A stretch of 41,156 nt of DNA from a virus: positions 1-41,156 of the IMG/VR virus record IMGVR_UViG_3300017987_000005. One strand, given 5' to 3'. Both the position numbers and the translations under genes were made by a program. A model generated the notes under the pieces. The model did not search any database and had not been told where the DNA came from. It saw nothing but the letters and a program-made list of their open reading frames with translations. This document shows, in pieces, positions 25,803 to 35,353 of the stretch. Every line of letters starts with the position of its first letter. Position 1 is the first letter of the stretch.

Positions 25803-26160
25803 CCCCTTTAACTTTCCGTATATTACTTCTCGCTATAACGTCGTCTTCCCACGAACGTCTCGTCATATCGGGCGGCATACTGGAAGGCTTCTGGTCTTCC
25901 CAATCATCCGGCTTCGGTCGCATACTGCACTTACACTGAATCGGCATTCCGGTCTCAGTATCTTTTCCGATATACCCTTTCCCGAAACACTTCTTACAAT
26001 TCTTCTTCGGATATCCGAACGTTACTCCCATAAAAGACGATTGTGACAACTTTGCTTTCCCGAGTCGCTTCGGTTTTTCATCGTCCTTCTTATCATGAAT
26101 GGATGAGCACAGCTCGTTAAGCTCCTCCTGCGACATTCTTCCATGAAACTTTCCGTCCAT
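25780..26160 (-). CDS. Hypothetical Zn-finger protein
   Basis: CKKCFGKG...CKC. Confidence 0.6.
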   Translation of the reverse strand: MDGKFHGRMSQEELNELCSSIHDKKDDEKPKRLGKAKLSQSSFMGVTFGYPKKNCKKCFGKGYIGKDTETGMPIQCKCSMRPKPDDWEDQKPSSMPPDMTRRSWEDDVIARSNIRKVKGDEHVGDS

Positions 26161-26167
26161 ACCGTCC

Positions 26168-26992
26168 CTAAAATAATATGCTGGCTGGAGAATCCCAACT
26201 CGTATACATGTGTCCGTCCTCCTGGTATATCAGGCTCCGGATATCTTCATTGTGATTCACGCTCTGGACACACTCGTCAAACATCGTAACAGCAATCCCC
26301 TCGAAATCATATACAACTGCTCCGAAAGGAAGCGTACGAAGAACTCGCGCGTCGTCCTTCAAATAACTGAACTGGTCTATAACGCGCTGATACGCTTCTG
26401 CGCACTTATGCTCAGTTATCCACTTGATTACATCAATACACCCTTCGGTCAATCCTTTCGGAACAACAATATTCCTGAAGGATAGTTGGTGTACGTTGGT
26501 CTCTTTGGCAAGTTCGATGGCATATCCGAAATCAAAGTCTTCGGAAAATTTATCAGTCAGGTTCAACGTTGCTCTGACTAACATTCCGTACTTTCTAATG
26601 AACTTCATCATATCAGAAAGCTCTTTCCACTGAGCTAAAGAATCAATTGAAAATGCTACGGTGCTCAGATAGTCGCTCCCGAATATCGTTTTATTTTTTG
26701 TCCAGTTTTTGAGCATGCTTATCCCGTTAGTCTGCATCTCAATAGGGAACTCTGAAAAAACTTCCCCGATTCGTTCACAAGCATTTTTGTTAAGAGTAGG
26801 CTCACCCTTCCCTGTAATCAGGATAGAACTCACTTGAGCAGCTTTAGCTACTGTCCGAGCTTTGACCATATTCCAATAAAACTGCTCGTCATCGTCCGTG
26901 TCCATGTACCCAGTCATCTTAGAGACGCAATAAGGGCAGTCCTTATCGCATCCTTTATAAGGTACACTGATTGTCAGGTTTTGCGCTCTCAC
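26168..26992 (-). CDS. Radical SAM protein
   Basis: CDKDCPYC; TGKGEP; QTNG. Confidence 0.9.
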   Translation of the reverse strand: MRAQNLTISVPYKGCDKDCPYCVSKMTGYMDTDDDEQFYWNMVKARTVAKAAQVSSILITGKGEPTLNKNACERIGEVFSEFPIEMQTNGISMLKNWTKNKTIFGSDYLSTVAFSIDSLAQWKELSDMMKFIRKYGMLVRATLNLTDKFSEDFDFGYAIELAKETNVHQLSFRNIVVPKGLTEGCIDVIKWITEHKCAEAYQRVIDQFSYLKDDARVLRTLPFGAVVYDFEGIAVTMFDECVQSVNHNEDIRSLIYQEDGHMYTSWDSPASILF

Positions 26993-26995
26993 TAC

Positions 26996-27265
26996 TCATT
27001 CCTCTAAAAGTTCCGGGTACTCCGCATACAAATCATCAAGCATCTTCTTCTTTTGTTTCTTATCTGATTCTATTACTCTATCCAACGCCTCGTCCCACCT
27101 ACGGCTATGCTCCTCCTGCTCACGCTTAGACTTGGTTCTTTTTTCAAAATAACGGCGTATGAAATTAAACAACAGGTTCTCCCATGATAGCGAGGTCGTC
27201 TGGACAAGTCGCCTGTGCAGTATACGGCTCATCTCCGGTAACCATTTTGCAATCCAGATTATCAT
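26996..27265 (-). CDS. Hypothetical protein
   Basis: ORF; start uncertain. Confidence 0.45.
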   Translation of the reverse strand: MIIWIAKWLPEMSRILHRRLVQTTSLSWENLLFNFIRRYFEKRTKSKREQEEHSRRWDEALDRVIESDKKQKKKMLDDLYAEYPELLEE

Positions 27266-27404
27266 ACTTCACGAATACCCACTGGTCATTCGTAGAAGAT
27301 ACGACCCCGTTCTCACAGTCCTCGTGTCGAATATTCCCATTAGCATGAATCGGAATGTACCGTACTCTCATTCCCTTCTTGAACATGCTCGTCTTCACTC
27401 TCAC
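27165..27404 (-). CDS. Hypothetical SH3/Tudor-like protein
   Basis: FKKGMRVRYIP...GVVSS...VFVKY. Confidence 0.6.
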   Translation of the reverse strand: MRVKTSMFKKGMRVRYIPIHANGNIRHEDCENGVVSSTNDQWVFVKYDNLDCKMVTGDEPYTAQATCPDDLAIMGEPVV

Positions 27405-27540
27405 TCTCCTTTACAAATGCACTCCCGTGAACATTGTACTCCTGCCCATCTGGAGTCCTTATGCGGAGGTAGTTATCGGTTCCCCCGATAACTTCTCCTT
27501 CTTTAATTCTTCCATCAACGTCCCGGAACTTTTGACGCAT
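27340..27540 (-). CDS. Hypothetical protein
   Basis: Operon context. Confidence 0.5.
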   Translation of the reverse strand: MRQKFRDVDGRIKEGEVIGGTDNYLRIRTPDGQEYNVHGSAFVKESESEDEHVQEGNESTVHSDSC

Positions 27541-27985
27541 CGCGCTTCCCCCATCTCTTTTCGCGGTCTTCGTTAATAAATTCCATCAGACGCCCTTCTT
27601 CTCGAGCTTTTTTCATCTGAGCTAACCACTCATCAGCTTTACGATTCTCTTCATCAATGAATGCTTTTTCTTCTTCCTCATTCATCCCGAAAATCTTTAT
27701 GTGCTCACAACATCCGTTATAATCATTACCTGCCCAGTTATCTCGGGCGTTCTGTGTCAATGCTCTGATGAACATTCGTCCGACATATCCTGAATTGTGG
27801 TCAGGGTATTCTTCATCTGCTGGCTCATCAACTTGAAACAAAACTCCATCAGACAAATCTTCCGGTATGTGCGAATCACAGAATACTTCTATTTCATCCC
27901 GACGAGTATCAAAATCCGACAGGTGTAGATACAGGCGTACCTCACACTCAGGATGGTCGCATTGATGAAAATAAACATCGCACAT
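27515..27985 (-). CDS. Hypothetical protein
   Basis: First gene after a promoter; SD AGGAG. Confidence 0.7.
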   Translation of the reverse strand: MCDVYFHQCDHPECEVRLYLHLSDFDTRRDEIEVFCDSHIPEDLSDGVLFQVDEPADEEYPDHNSGYVGRMFIRALTQNARDNWAGNDYNGCCEHIKIFGMNEEEEKAFIDEENRKADEWLAQMKKAREEGRLMEFINEDREKRWGKRDASKVPGR

Positions 27986-28011
27986 TTTCGCTCTCCTATA
28001 TCTACGCTTAT

Positions 28012-28039
28012 ATTATATCATATATATTATATATGTCAA
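28012..28039 (-). promoter_or_regulatory. sigma70-type promoter
   Basis: TTGACA-N16-TATAAT, extended -10 TG. Confidence 0.85.
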
Positions 28040-28047
28040 GTTAAAAA

Positions 28048-28248
28048 TCAAAAATTATTAAACCATGCTTTCGGCCTTGGCGGAACAAACGGCATTAGCG
28101 TGAAATCTATATTGATTACATCAACAGGGCGCGGATTCAACAACACGGTGGCTTTAATAGCTCCGTCCTCAACGCGAACCTCGTTAATGCTCTTAACTCC
28201 TCGACCGAGCATGTCCTGAATTATTTCTTCAGTAAACTTTTCTACCAT
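28048..28248 (-). CDS. Hypothetical protein, WFxN tag
   Basis: Ends AWFNNF; start reassigned to MVEKF. Confidence 0.7.
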   Translation of the reverse strand: MVEKFTEEIIQDMLGRGVKSINEVRVEDGAIKATVLLNPRPVDVINIDFTLMPFVPPRPKAWFNNF

Positions 28249-28669
28249 TGTCAAACCACGCTCCCGTTCCACTTGAAACTGTAACAACAGGCTCCGGCTC
28301 TTCCGCTGGAGGGAAATCCATTCCGTGACGTTCAGCCATAACAGCACTGGAGTCGATGCGGTCTACAAGTATCTTAGTCTCATAAATAACTTCTGACGGC
28401 CCCGCTGCGTTGGCGTAAAACTCTATTACCATCCCTTCCCCTACAACGTATCCCCCAGGCTTCTCTGTCCCCCAATTGCGCCCATCAAAATACACCTTCT
28501 CTCCGGGAGCGGCTATATCTTCGTTACTCTGAACAGTACAATAAATCTCCGGTGGGCGCATAGGAAGAAAAGAGTGCTCTCCTGTAGCATAGCAAATCTC
28601 CTCGCTATGCGGGTCTCCGGTCTGCTCCCACGTAAGCGCCTGGCGTTCAGAAAATCTACTTAAAGGCAC
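28229..28669 (-). CDS. Hypothetical protein, WFxN tag
   Basis: Ends AWFDNGRKVY. Confidence 0.7.
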   Translation of the reverse strand: MPLSRFSERQALTWEQTGDPHSEEICYATGEHSFLPMRPPEIYCTVQSNEDIAAPGEKVYFDGRNWGTEKPGGYVVGEGMVIEFYANAAGPSEVIYETKILVDRIDSSAVMAERHGMDFPPAEEPEPVVTVSSGTGAWFDNGRKVY

Positions 28670-28891
28670 TTATCTTCTCCCGTTATCAAACCATGCGTTC
28701 GTAGGTACATACGGCTTATAGTATCTAAAATTATCCAGAGCTTTTTTCAAGTTATCACACTTAACTGCTACTGGCGTCATCGCGGAAAATGCGTAACTCA
28801 ACGCATCTACCATGTGGTCAGCAGTAGTTCCGACTGCTCGGCTAAACTCTGACAAGCTCTTGCTTAAAGCGGCAATGCTATCCACGTCCAT
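28670..28891 (-). CDS. Hypothetical protein, WFxN tag
   Basis: Ends AWFDNGRR; start reassigned to MDVDS. Confidence 0.7.
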   Translation of the reverse strand: MDVDSIAALSKSLSEFSRAVGTTADHMVDALSYAFSAMTPVAVKCDNLKKALDNFRYYKPYVPTNAWFDNGRR

Positions 28892-29066
28892 TGTTAAACC
28901 ACGCCCCGACAGTCGTTTTTTTAATGAAAGACACTTCGGATTCAATTCCCATCTCCACAGACATTGACTCAGCTTTTATTTTTCTTCTTCGTTCCAGTTC
29001 TTTTTCTACTAGTTTGAGTTTTCCGAGGTCTTTTGCTATCGCTCGTGCGCTTCTTTTCCCAGCCAT
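28878..29066 (-). CDS. Hypothetical protein, WFxN tag
   Basis: Ends AWFNNGRG; start uncertain. Confidence 0.6.
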   Translation of the reverse strand: MAGKRSARAIAKDLGKLKLVEKELERRRKIKAESMSVEMGIESEVSFIKKTTVGAWFNNGRG

Positions 29067-29244
29067 GTTTATTCATCATCTCCTCGGACAAGACTTTGAC
29101 ACTCATCCCGACAATGACCATAATGTTCTTACGCCCCATATCATCACGAAGCTTCGTGACTAATCGCTCAACCTGACCTATATCAGTATAATTCGATACG
29201 AGAAGGATATCCCCGTCCTTTATATCAAGCTTCTCAATATCCAT
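28969..29244 (-). CDS. Hypothetical protein
   Basis: Coupled start. Confidence 0.6.
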   Translation of the reverse strand: MDIEKLDIKDGDILLVSNYTDIGQVERLVTKLRDDMGRKNIMVIVGMSVKVLSEEMMNKHGWEKKRTSDSKRPRKTQTSRKRTGTKKKNKS

Positions 29245-29516
29245 TACACCGCGCCTCTCGCGATACGCTCATACTTCTCAATTTTGTCTTTCCAGTCCTC
29301 GATACGCTCAACGACAGCATCGACACTCTCGTCCTCATACTCAATGGTAATCTCAGAACGAATGTCGTCTTCATCGTTACCGGTATTCGCCTGCACTCTC
29401 AGCGAAGATTTCTGGTTCTCTCCAGTGTCATGCTGAAAGAACATGGCTCTGTGAGGATGCTCCATCCGCCACTCGTGAAGGTCCAAAAGCATATGAACAA
29501 TCTCGTGCTTCTCCAT
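29244..29516 (-). CDS. Hypothetical protein
   Basis: SD GGGAG. Confidence 0.65.
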   Translation of the reverse strand: MEKHEIVHMLLDLHEWRMEHPHRAMFFQHDTGENQKSSLRVQANTGNDEDDIRSEITIEYEDESVDAVVERIEDWKDKIEKYERIARGAV

Positions 29517-29525
29517 CTCACTCCC

Positions 29526-29840
29526 CTACTTCAAAAACTCGTGACAATTCCCGCAATAACGATGCTCAACATCGTTCCGGCTATAGCTGGTCATCCCGCA
29601 TTTTTTGCAAGTGATTGCAGTTCCGTTCTCAACAATCTCGAATTCCGGCTCCGGAGCATCTCCGAGATACATCGTCTCCCCGCAACACACGGGCCATCCA
29701 CTAATAAGACATTCCTTCAGGTCAACAATCACAGTCTTTCGACAGAATCGGCACTGGCACGTCTTCGGCATCTTATCCGATGCTTCTGCATACATGTACT
29801 GCAAACGTTCTCGACTTGGAAGTGCTTCTCCGATTTCCAT
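29526..29840 (-). CDS. Hypothetical double Zn-ribbon protein
   Basis: CRFC, CCG, CKKC, CGNCH. Confidence 0.7.
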   Translation of the reverse strand: MEIGEALPSRERLQYMYAEASDKMPKTCQCRFCRKTVIVDLKECLISGWPVCCGETMYLGDAPEPEFEIVENGTAITCKKCGMTSYSRNDVEHRYCGNCHEFLK

Positions 29841-30082
29841 TACTTCCTCCCGTTCTCAAACCAATACTTACGCGGGTATATTCGAACAATCCGAAGCTTA
29901 TACGGCTCTCCGGAATTCTCATTAAAATTATCTACAAAGTTTTCAATATTTTCTTCATCTACAAAACTAGCTAAATCATTAAGAGCCGTATGATTAACGG
30001 GGGTCAGAACAGAACCGTCGGTAATCGACAACAAATCTTCCCCGCCTACCGCATGTACTGAAGCGTGTTCCGAATCGCTCAT
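29840..30082 (-). CDS. Hypothetical protein, WFxN tag
   Basis: Ends YWFENGRK. Confidence 0.65.
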   Translation of the reverse strand: MSDSEHASVHAVGGEDLLSITDGSVLTPVNHTALNDLASFVDEENIENFVDNFNENSGEPYKLRIVRIYPRKYWFENGRK

Positions 30083-30405
30083 ACGACAATTTCCTTTTCA
30101 CGACGCTTTCTGCGTAACTTGATGACAAATATCAGTACAAGAATTATCAGCGCAGCGACCATCAAAACAGTTCCCCACGGAAATGCTGCGGGTGCTTCGC
30201 TCTCAACTCCCATCGACACTCCTGGAAATTCATAAGTTACTGGTCCTTCGGCTGTCGGCTCAATAACTACGTGTACTGGGTCAGCGCTATCTTTAGTCGG
30301 CGCGATGTAACTCAAAACCTTATCAACAATAGTAGTCAAAAAAGTCAACAAAGCTGTCCAGAATGTTAAATTCTCACCCCATCGTTTTTTCTTAGAGTCC
30401 GGCAT
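30079..30405 (-). CDS. Membrane protein
   Basis: N-terminal hydrophobic segment; C-terminal TM followed by basic residues. Confidence 0.65.
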   Translation of the reverse strand: MPDSKKKRWGENLTFWTALLTFLTTIVDKVLSYIAPTKDSADPVHVVIEPTAEGPVTYEFPGVSMGVESEAPAAFPWGTVLMVAALIILVLIFVIKLRRKRREKEIVV

Positions 30406-30595
30406 GTCTTTCCCCTCTTATGTGTTTGGCATATTCGATATTACTCATATTCATCTTATCTCGCTCATCCTCCCACTCGCGGCACCTGCTACAGGCAAGC
30501 TCTCCAGAATGCTCTTCAACAGGGGTGAGGTATCTCGTACAGTAAATACACTGCTGTCTGCTGAATCGTCTTTTCTTCCGTCTCTTTTTGCTCAT
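30392..30595 (-). CDS. Hypothetical Zn-finger protein
   Basis: CIYC...CSRC. Confidence 0.55.
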   Translation of the reverse strand: MSKKRRKKRRFSRQQCIYCTRYLTPVEEHSGELACSRCREWEDERDKMNMSNIEYAKHIRGERHAGL

Positions 30596-30679
30596 TCATC
30601 CAGCTCCCGTATTTTACGTCCAAGATAAATAACTAGTATTCCGGATATAATCGCTGCAAACGCGACTAATGCTCTCAGA

Positions 30680-31081
30680 CTAATTTTCACTCCCAGGATT
30701 TCCACTCGATGCCTCCGCTGATTCCTCGGGATATTCAACGACTTTTCCATCCTCGACAAGCTGCGCTATTAAATGCGCAGTATGACGGTCATACAACTCC
30801 GCTACCTGGACTCCCTCCTTCTGGCCCTGCTGGTTAATCATGATGCGAACAAGTATAAATACGTTATCCGCTCCATTCCTTCCGATAGGATTCTGCTCAA
30901 TCAACCTCCACTCAGAATACTCTCCGCGAGCCCAGGTCATCACCCCGCGCTCGTTATCCTTATTCCATGTCAACTTCACTGTCGTCTCCTTTAGATTCGA
31001 GCACATCGTCCACGGCGGCTTCAACGGCGTCGCGAACCATTTTCTTAAATTTCCTTTTTCGTAACAACTGCTTAACGACAT
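30680..31081 (-). CDS. Hypothetical protein
   Basis: ORF; true start probably downstream. Confidence 0.5.
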   Translation of the reverse strand: MSLSSCYEKGNLRKWFATPLKPPWTMCSNLKETTVKLTWNKDNERGVMTWARGEYSEWRLIEQNPIGRNGADNVFILVRIMINQQGQKEGVQVAELYDRHTAHLIAQLVEDGKVVEYPEESAEASSGNPGSEN

Positions 31082-31095
31082 TGTCTGTCACGTCG

Positions 31096-31320
31096 TCAAT
31101 CAGAGCTTCGCGTTTCTTTCTTTCCATCTTTTCCATCCTTATCGTTAAACACCACCCACGTACACATAAACAGCAACCCAAACATCCACCACGGATTTCT
31201 GGTTACATTTATAGCAAGTGCGCAACACCCGCATACTCCGAGTATGAATGTCGCCCTGTCCACGTTAAAAAGTATTTTGAATTTTCCGTGACTATGCTCA
31301 CTCTCCATACTATCCTCCAA
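31096..31320 (-). CDS. Small membrane protein
   Basis: Two hydrophobic segments. Confidence 0.5.
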   Translation of the reverse strand: MEDSMESEHSHGKFKILFNVDRATFILGVCGCCALAINVTRNPWWMFGLLFMCTWVVFNDKDGKDGKKETRSSD

Positions 31321-31504
31321 TTTTCTTTAATCGATACATTTTGAATAAATCGTGAAGTCTTTTACCGGTAAAACTCTTTTTGAATATCGGACACGTATCG
31401 ACCACGACTCCATTAATCACAGCAATAGCTCCGCATCCCCATTTCGTATCCATCCAGTAAAGTTCTTCTCCTTCTCTAATCTTCATTACGTGCTGCTTCC
31501 TCAT
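31310..31504 (-). CDS. Hypothetical protein
   Basis: ATGA coupling. Confidence 0.55.
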   Translation of the reverse strand: MRKQHVMKIREGEELYWMDTKWGCGAIAVINGVVVDTCPIFKKSFTGKRLHDLFKMYRLKKIGG

Positions 31505-31911
31505 GCCAGCATAACTCCCATCTTCTCAAGCTCATTTAATATCGCTGTCTTAGCTTCTTCTCTGGTCACGTCAAGACCATACTTATCAGCAATGAATCCC
31601 GCAAACAAATCAACACGACTAAGCATCAAATGTTCCGGGCAATAAGTAACCTGTACTGCATACGCTTCTACTTCCGACTTGAATATATGCTTCTTGCATC
31701 GAAATAAAACAAGCCATCCGTGAATCCCTAAAGTCCTCCACCACTGCTTCGCGTGTGTCAATTCGTGCTGAAGCAGTCCTTCGTCGTGCTTATATTCCGG
31801 TCGTATCTTGACCCAAGGTCCCACACATACCCCGGCAAACCCCTCCTTAACTTTATCGGTATAAAATACAGGTACGGGTATAAATCCATAAATACGTTTA
31901 ATCTTCATCAT
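31501..31911 (-). CDS. HExxH zincin-like protein
   Basis: LLQHELTHAKQW...SEVEAY. Confidence 0.7.
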   Translation of the reverse strand: MMKIKRIYGFIPVPVFYTDKVKEGFAGVCVGPWVKIRPEYKHDEGLLQHELTHAKQWWRTLGIHGWLVLFRCKKHIFKSEVEAYAVQVTYCPEHLMLSRVDLFAGFIADKYGLDVTREEAKTAILNELEKMGVMLA

Positions 31912-32318
31912 ATCTCCCTATTTGGGTCGTATTCTCTGAGTATAATCTCATACATCCTCCCATTCTTCTTAACAATAATCCGATTCCGGTCAGTATTGAA
32001 CACAAGCTGACCCTCTGAAACATCGTAGTCATTTACTTTCCCATACCGGTCCTGCATTACTAAGGATTCTCCATCAACAAGAGCCCTATCCTCACTCACG
32101 CGCGCAACGGCTGCTTCTACCTCACAGCGGACGTCATAATCAGACATAAGCGCACTTTTAATCTCCTCTTTAACAAGAATCTTCCAATCATCATCGAAAG
32201 CGCTCTTTACTACTTCGACTTCCTCGCGAACTTCCTTCTTCCAGTCGCCGATTACCTCTGCCGCAACCTCCTTGACAATTCTGACGAACTCGTCTTTTTT
32301 AATCATCATTTTCGTCAT
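31908..32318 (-). CDS. Hypothetical protein
   Basis: Helical N-terminus; EGQLVFNTD motif. Confidence 0.6.
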   Translation of the reverse strand: MTKMMIKKDEFVRIVKEVAAEVIGDWKKEVREEVEVVKSAFDDDWKILVKEEIKSALMSDYDVRCEVEAAVARVSEDRALVDGESLVMQDRYGKVNDYDVSEGQLVFNTDRNRIIVKKNGRMYEIILREYDPNREI

Positions 32319-32408
32319 AAAGATTCTCCTACGGACATTCTGTCGGCAGTCTCCTCAACACCCCTGGCTTCGGATGCTGAGGACACGGTCGCACCGATGC
32401 TCACTCTC

Positions 32409-32870
32409 TCACTCTCCTGAAACGCGAATACTTTTTTCGCGTTTCATCCTTTCAAACATTTCTGCCGGCAACGTCTGCTCCACGTCTCCTGCTTTCAACG
32501 TAACATAACTCGAAGGGTCAAATCCAAACAACCCGGAAATAATCCCGGTTATAATCCGGTCGATATTATGTATCTGCTCAAGGCACTCATCCCGAGTCTG
32601 GCGATGTTTCTCGCGGAGCCTGTTACCGTTATCAATAGTATGCTCAAACATCTCACGGGACGTGCATAACGATTTTACATACGTATTAACAACATCTAAT
32701 CCCGTTGTTTTGTTCTCAGACATACCTACATCCTCCGATTTGATAATATCGTCAGTATTCCTCCAGTTATTAAACCACTTTCTCGGTTCCGAAGGTCTGC
32801 CCTGTAAAGATAGAACATCATCGATGCACTTCTTTACATGCGCAGTTGATAATATCCTATGCTCCTGCAT
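32409..32870 (-). CDS. Hypothetical protein with internal WFNN (possible fusion)
   Basis: KWFNNW near residue 32; internal SD GGAGG plus ATG (MSENK). Confidence 0.6.
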   Translation of the reverse strand: MQEHRILSTAHVKKCIDDVLSLQGRPSEPRKWFNNWRNTDDIIKSEDVGMSENKTTGLDVVNTYVKSLCTSREMFEHTIDNGNRLREKHRQTRDECLEQIHNIDRIITGIISGLFGFDPSSYVTLKAGDVEQTLPAEMFERMKREKSIRVSGE

Positions 32871-33066
32871 CCTTCTTTTCCAATTCCATTATAAGGTTTC
32901 CGTGGTCACAAATAATAGCCCCGGTCACAGTATACCCCACAAGCTCCCCCGGCTTCATTCTCGGAAGTCCCTTGTTAGCATCTACAAGATGAACTTCCAT
33001 ATTCTCATTATCGGTGTCAAACGACACCCCCTTTCTCTTTACAACTACGGTTATCGTCTTTCCCAT
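32857..33066 (-). CDS. Hypothetical protein
   Basis: SD GGGGAG. Confidence 0.6.
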   Translation of the reverse strand: MGKTITVVVKRKGVSFDTDNENMEVHLVDANKGLPRMKPGELVGYTVTGAIICDHGNLIMELEKKDAGA

Positions 33067-33209
33067 GACAAAACTCCCCTTTGTCCACTTTGAGACCCTC
33101 CTTCACAGACCTCCGTATTGATTTATGTAATATACGCTTCGCTTCCCGGCGCAAGTGTCTCCACCAGCTCCAGTTCGCTCTCTGAGAACTTCTCGGCGCA
33201 TCCGGTTCT

Positions 33210-33638
33210 TTATGCATAAGCTTCAACCTTACTGTTATTAAACCACGCTTTGATAGGAAATATTCGCTTAATCATCCAGGCGTGCCCACACTTTACGGGG
33301 CTAAGTCTGCTATCCCTGTGAGGTCTTAGTGTTACGGTCACTTGTATTCGGCGCTGTATGTGACGCTCCCCGTAGCCAAGGTCCTTTATAAAAATATTCA
33401 CACGAAAATCCCTATCTGGCTGCATGGTCGTATTCACTTCAATCGCTACTTCAATAGAAGTCTTAAAATCTTCTTCAGTCCATCGTGCGGCAAACTTACT
33501 TCCAATGGTGTCAAGACGCAATCCAACTATCTGCATCAACTCGATATGCTCAAGAATCTCGGCGGGCATCTTTCCGCTCTCAAGTTCACGAGCTATCTCT
33601 TCGACGCGCGTCCTCCCTAGTGCATCCACATAAGCCAC
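33210..33638 (-). CDS. Hypothetical protein, WFxN tag
   Basis: Ends AWFNNSKVEAYA. Confidence 0.7.
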   Translation of the reverse strand: MAYVDALGRTRVEEIARELESGKMPAEILEHIELMQIVGLRLDTIGSKFAARWTEEDFKTSIEVAIEVNTTMQPDRDFRVNIFIKDLGYGERHIQRRIQVTVTLRPHRDSRLSPVKCGHAWMIKRIFPIKAWFNNSKVEAYA

Positions 33639-34093
33639 TACTTCTCTCCGTTATCAAACCACGCGTCATTCGTATTAGACAACGCTGGCACGAATTTTTT
33701 ATTCTTATCGATAACGTATGACGCGCTCGGAGTCGTCATCCAATCGTCTACAAATACTCTCGCGCTAACATTTATGACATCCGTATCAAAATGACTATAT
33801 GCGATATCGATAATAAACGAACCGGCAGGAAATCCGAACTCCTTCATCCGGTCATTAATGTAATCAGTATACATTTTAAGCTCGCTGTGCTGAATGTATG
33901 CAAGACACCTAGCAACATATTCCTCGACTCCCGCAATAATATCCTTGACTTTCTCACATACCATATCTGCAACGCGGAGCGGGTCTCCATCTCTGAAGTC
34001 TTCTTCATTAACTTCAAATAATTGTCGCAACTTAGCTGAGTCCAAGTCTCTACTCCATCCAACTACTCGATTGTACTTATATTCCGATTCCAT
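33638..34093 (-). CDS. Hypothetical protein, WFxN tag
   Basis: Ends AWFDNGEK; start MESEY. Confidence 0.7.
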   Translation of the reverse strand: MESEYKYNRVVGWSRDLDSAKLRQLFEVNEEDFRDGDPLRVADMVCEKVKDIIAGVEEYVARCLAYIQHSELKMYTDYINDRMKEFGFPAGSFIIDIAYSHFDTDVINVSARVFVDDWMTTPSASYVIDKNKKFVPALSNTNDAWFDNGEK

Positions 34094-34532
34094 TTTCAAA
34101 CCACCGCTGGCGGTCCCATACTTTCAACTTATACTTCATCCGGACTCCCGGATATCCAAGCTTGTAATTAACTTCAAATATCCCGATATATATTTCCTGA
34201 CGAATCCGAGAGTCGTATACTTTTATACTTCCTTCAACAACAGGTCCCATCCGATGCTGGTTAGCTATACGTTTATCAGATATGTCAAGGTCTACCTCAC
34301 AAATAATCGGCTCAAAGCGATTACTATACATTCTTCGATTAACTTCCCCATCGACAATATTCTCAACAAGAAACATCAACTTCCGACGCTCACTAAGTAT
34401 ATCAAGGTCTCCATACTCAACACGGTCATAGTCAGCCGCCAAAACAGCGTAGTGAACTGCATTCAACAATTCAGCATACGTCTCCGGATGTGGCGTCGGT
34501 ACAGGTCTCCTGTGTAAATCAGAAGGACGCAT
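34077..34532 (-). CDS. Hypothetical protein, WFxN tag
   Basis: Ends RWFENGIGI. Confidence 0.7.
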   Translation of the reverse strand: MRPSDLHRRPVPTPHPETYAELLNAVHYAVLAADYDRVEYGDLDILSERRKLMFLVENIVDGEVNRRMYSNRFEPIICEVDLDISDKRIANQHRMGPVVEGSIKVYDSRIRQEIYIGIFEVNYKLGYPGVRMKYKLKVWDRQRWFENGIGI

Positions 34533-35007
34533 CTGCTATCACCTTTCCGAACCACGGGTCGCGCTTCGATATCTTGAAATTCCCAGTCCCGAGATGTCTA
34601 TGGATGGCTGGATTGTATCCGTGCATCTCGCTTTGCTTCGACCACTCAAACTCGACATGAACTCGAGAAGGAGCTTTCAGCGGTCCGACACAAAGCGTCC
34701 ATAAAAACGCTCCCATCATATCCCCCTCAACGCGAACAAGGACATATCCCTTATACATATCCAGCTCAGGATATGCGGCGTTTCGCGCTGCCATCAGCTC
34801 AACTCTGTTGAACATTGAATCACTCTTCTTGTTCTTGTGATAAGTGGTCGTCATAAGCGTCGTCAGTTTAGTCGAGTTCTCTTTGCTGATGTCGCGAATA
34901 TCCTCATCGAATGCATAGACATTCTGGAGTGATTTTTCCATTACCGACTTCAATCGTGTCCCGATAATCTCCAGGTCCATAGCTAAAGCAAGTTCTTCTC
35001 TATTCAT
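34519..35007 (-). CDS. Hypothetical protein, degenerate WF tag
   Basis: Ends PWFGKVIADASF. Confidence 0.7.
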   Translation of the reverse strand: MNREELALAMDLEIIGTRLKSVMEKSLQNVYAFDEDIRDISKENSTKLTTLMTTTYHKNKKSDSMFNRVELMAARNAAYPELDMYKGYVLVRVEGDMMGAFLWTLCVGPLKAPSRVHVEFEWSKQSEMHGYNPAIHRHLGTGNFKISKRDPWFGKVIADASF

Positions 35008-35297
35008 GCTGACATTCCATTATCAAACCAACGCTCAGTCCGCCCTTGAGTCAATGCCCATATAAAACGCTCTCTCAACTGACGGTCAGTATACTCGTGA
35101 CGACAATGCTCATGGATATGCTGACGTAACCAGCCATTGGCGAGTTGGAGTTCAAAGCGGTCATCCCCCGGATGAATCGGTTGACGACATATCATACAAG
35201 GGTACGTCAACTGATGTCCCGCAGCTTCATCAAAACGCACTTCAAGATAGGCGTCTCTCAGCACACTTCGAACAAACTGCTGTCGCGTCAAAATCAC
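35004..35297 (-). CDS. Zn-finger protein, WFxN tag
   Basis: CMICRQPIHPGD...HEHC; ends RWFDNGMSA. Confidence 0.7.
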   Translation of the reverse strand: MILTRQQFVRSVLRDAYLEVRFDEAAGHQLTYPCMICRQPIHPGDDRFELQLANGWLRQHIHEHCRHEYTDRQLRERFIWALTQGRTERWFDNGMSA

Positions 35298-35318
35298 TCT
35301 CCTAAAAGCTTCACTTAT

Positions 35319-35346
35319 ATTATATCATATAATAATGATATGTCAA
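35319..35346 (-). promoter_or_regulatory. sigma70-type promoter
   Basis: TTGACA-N16-TATAAT, extended -10 TG. Confidence 0.85.
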
Positions 35347-35353
35347 CTAAATT

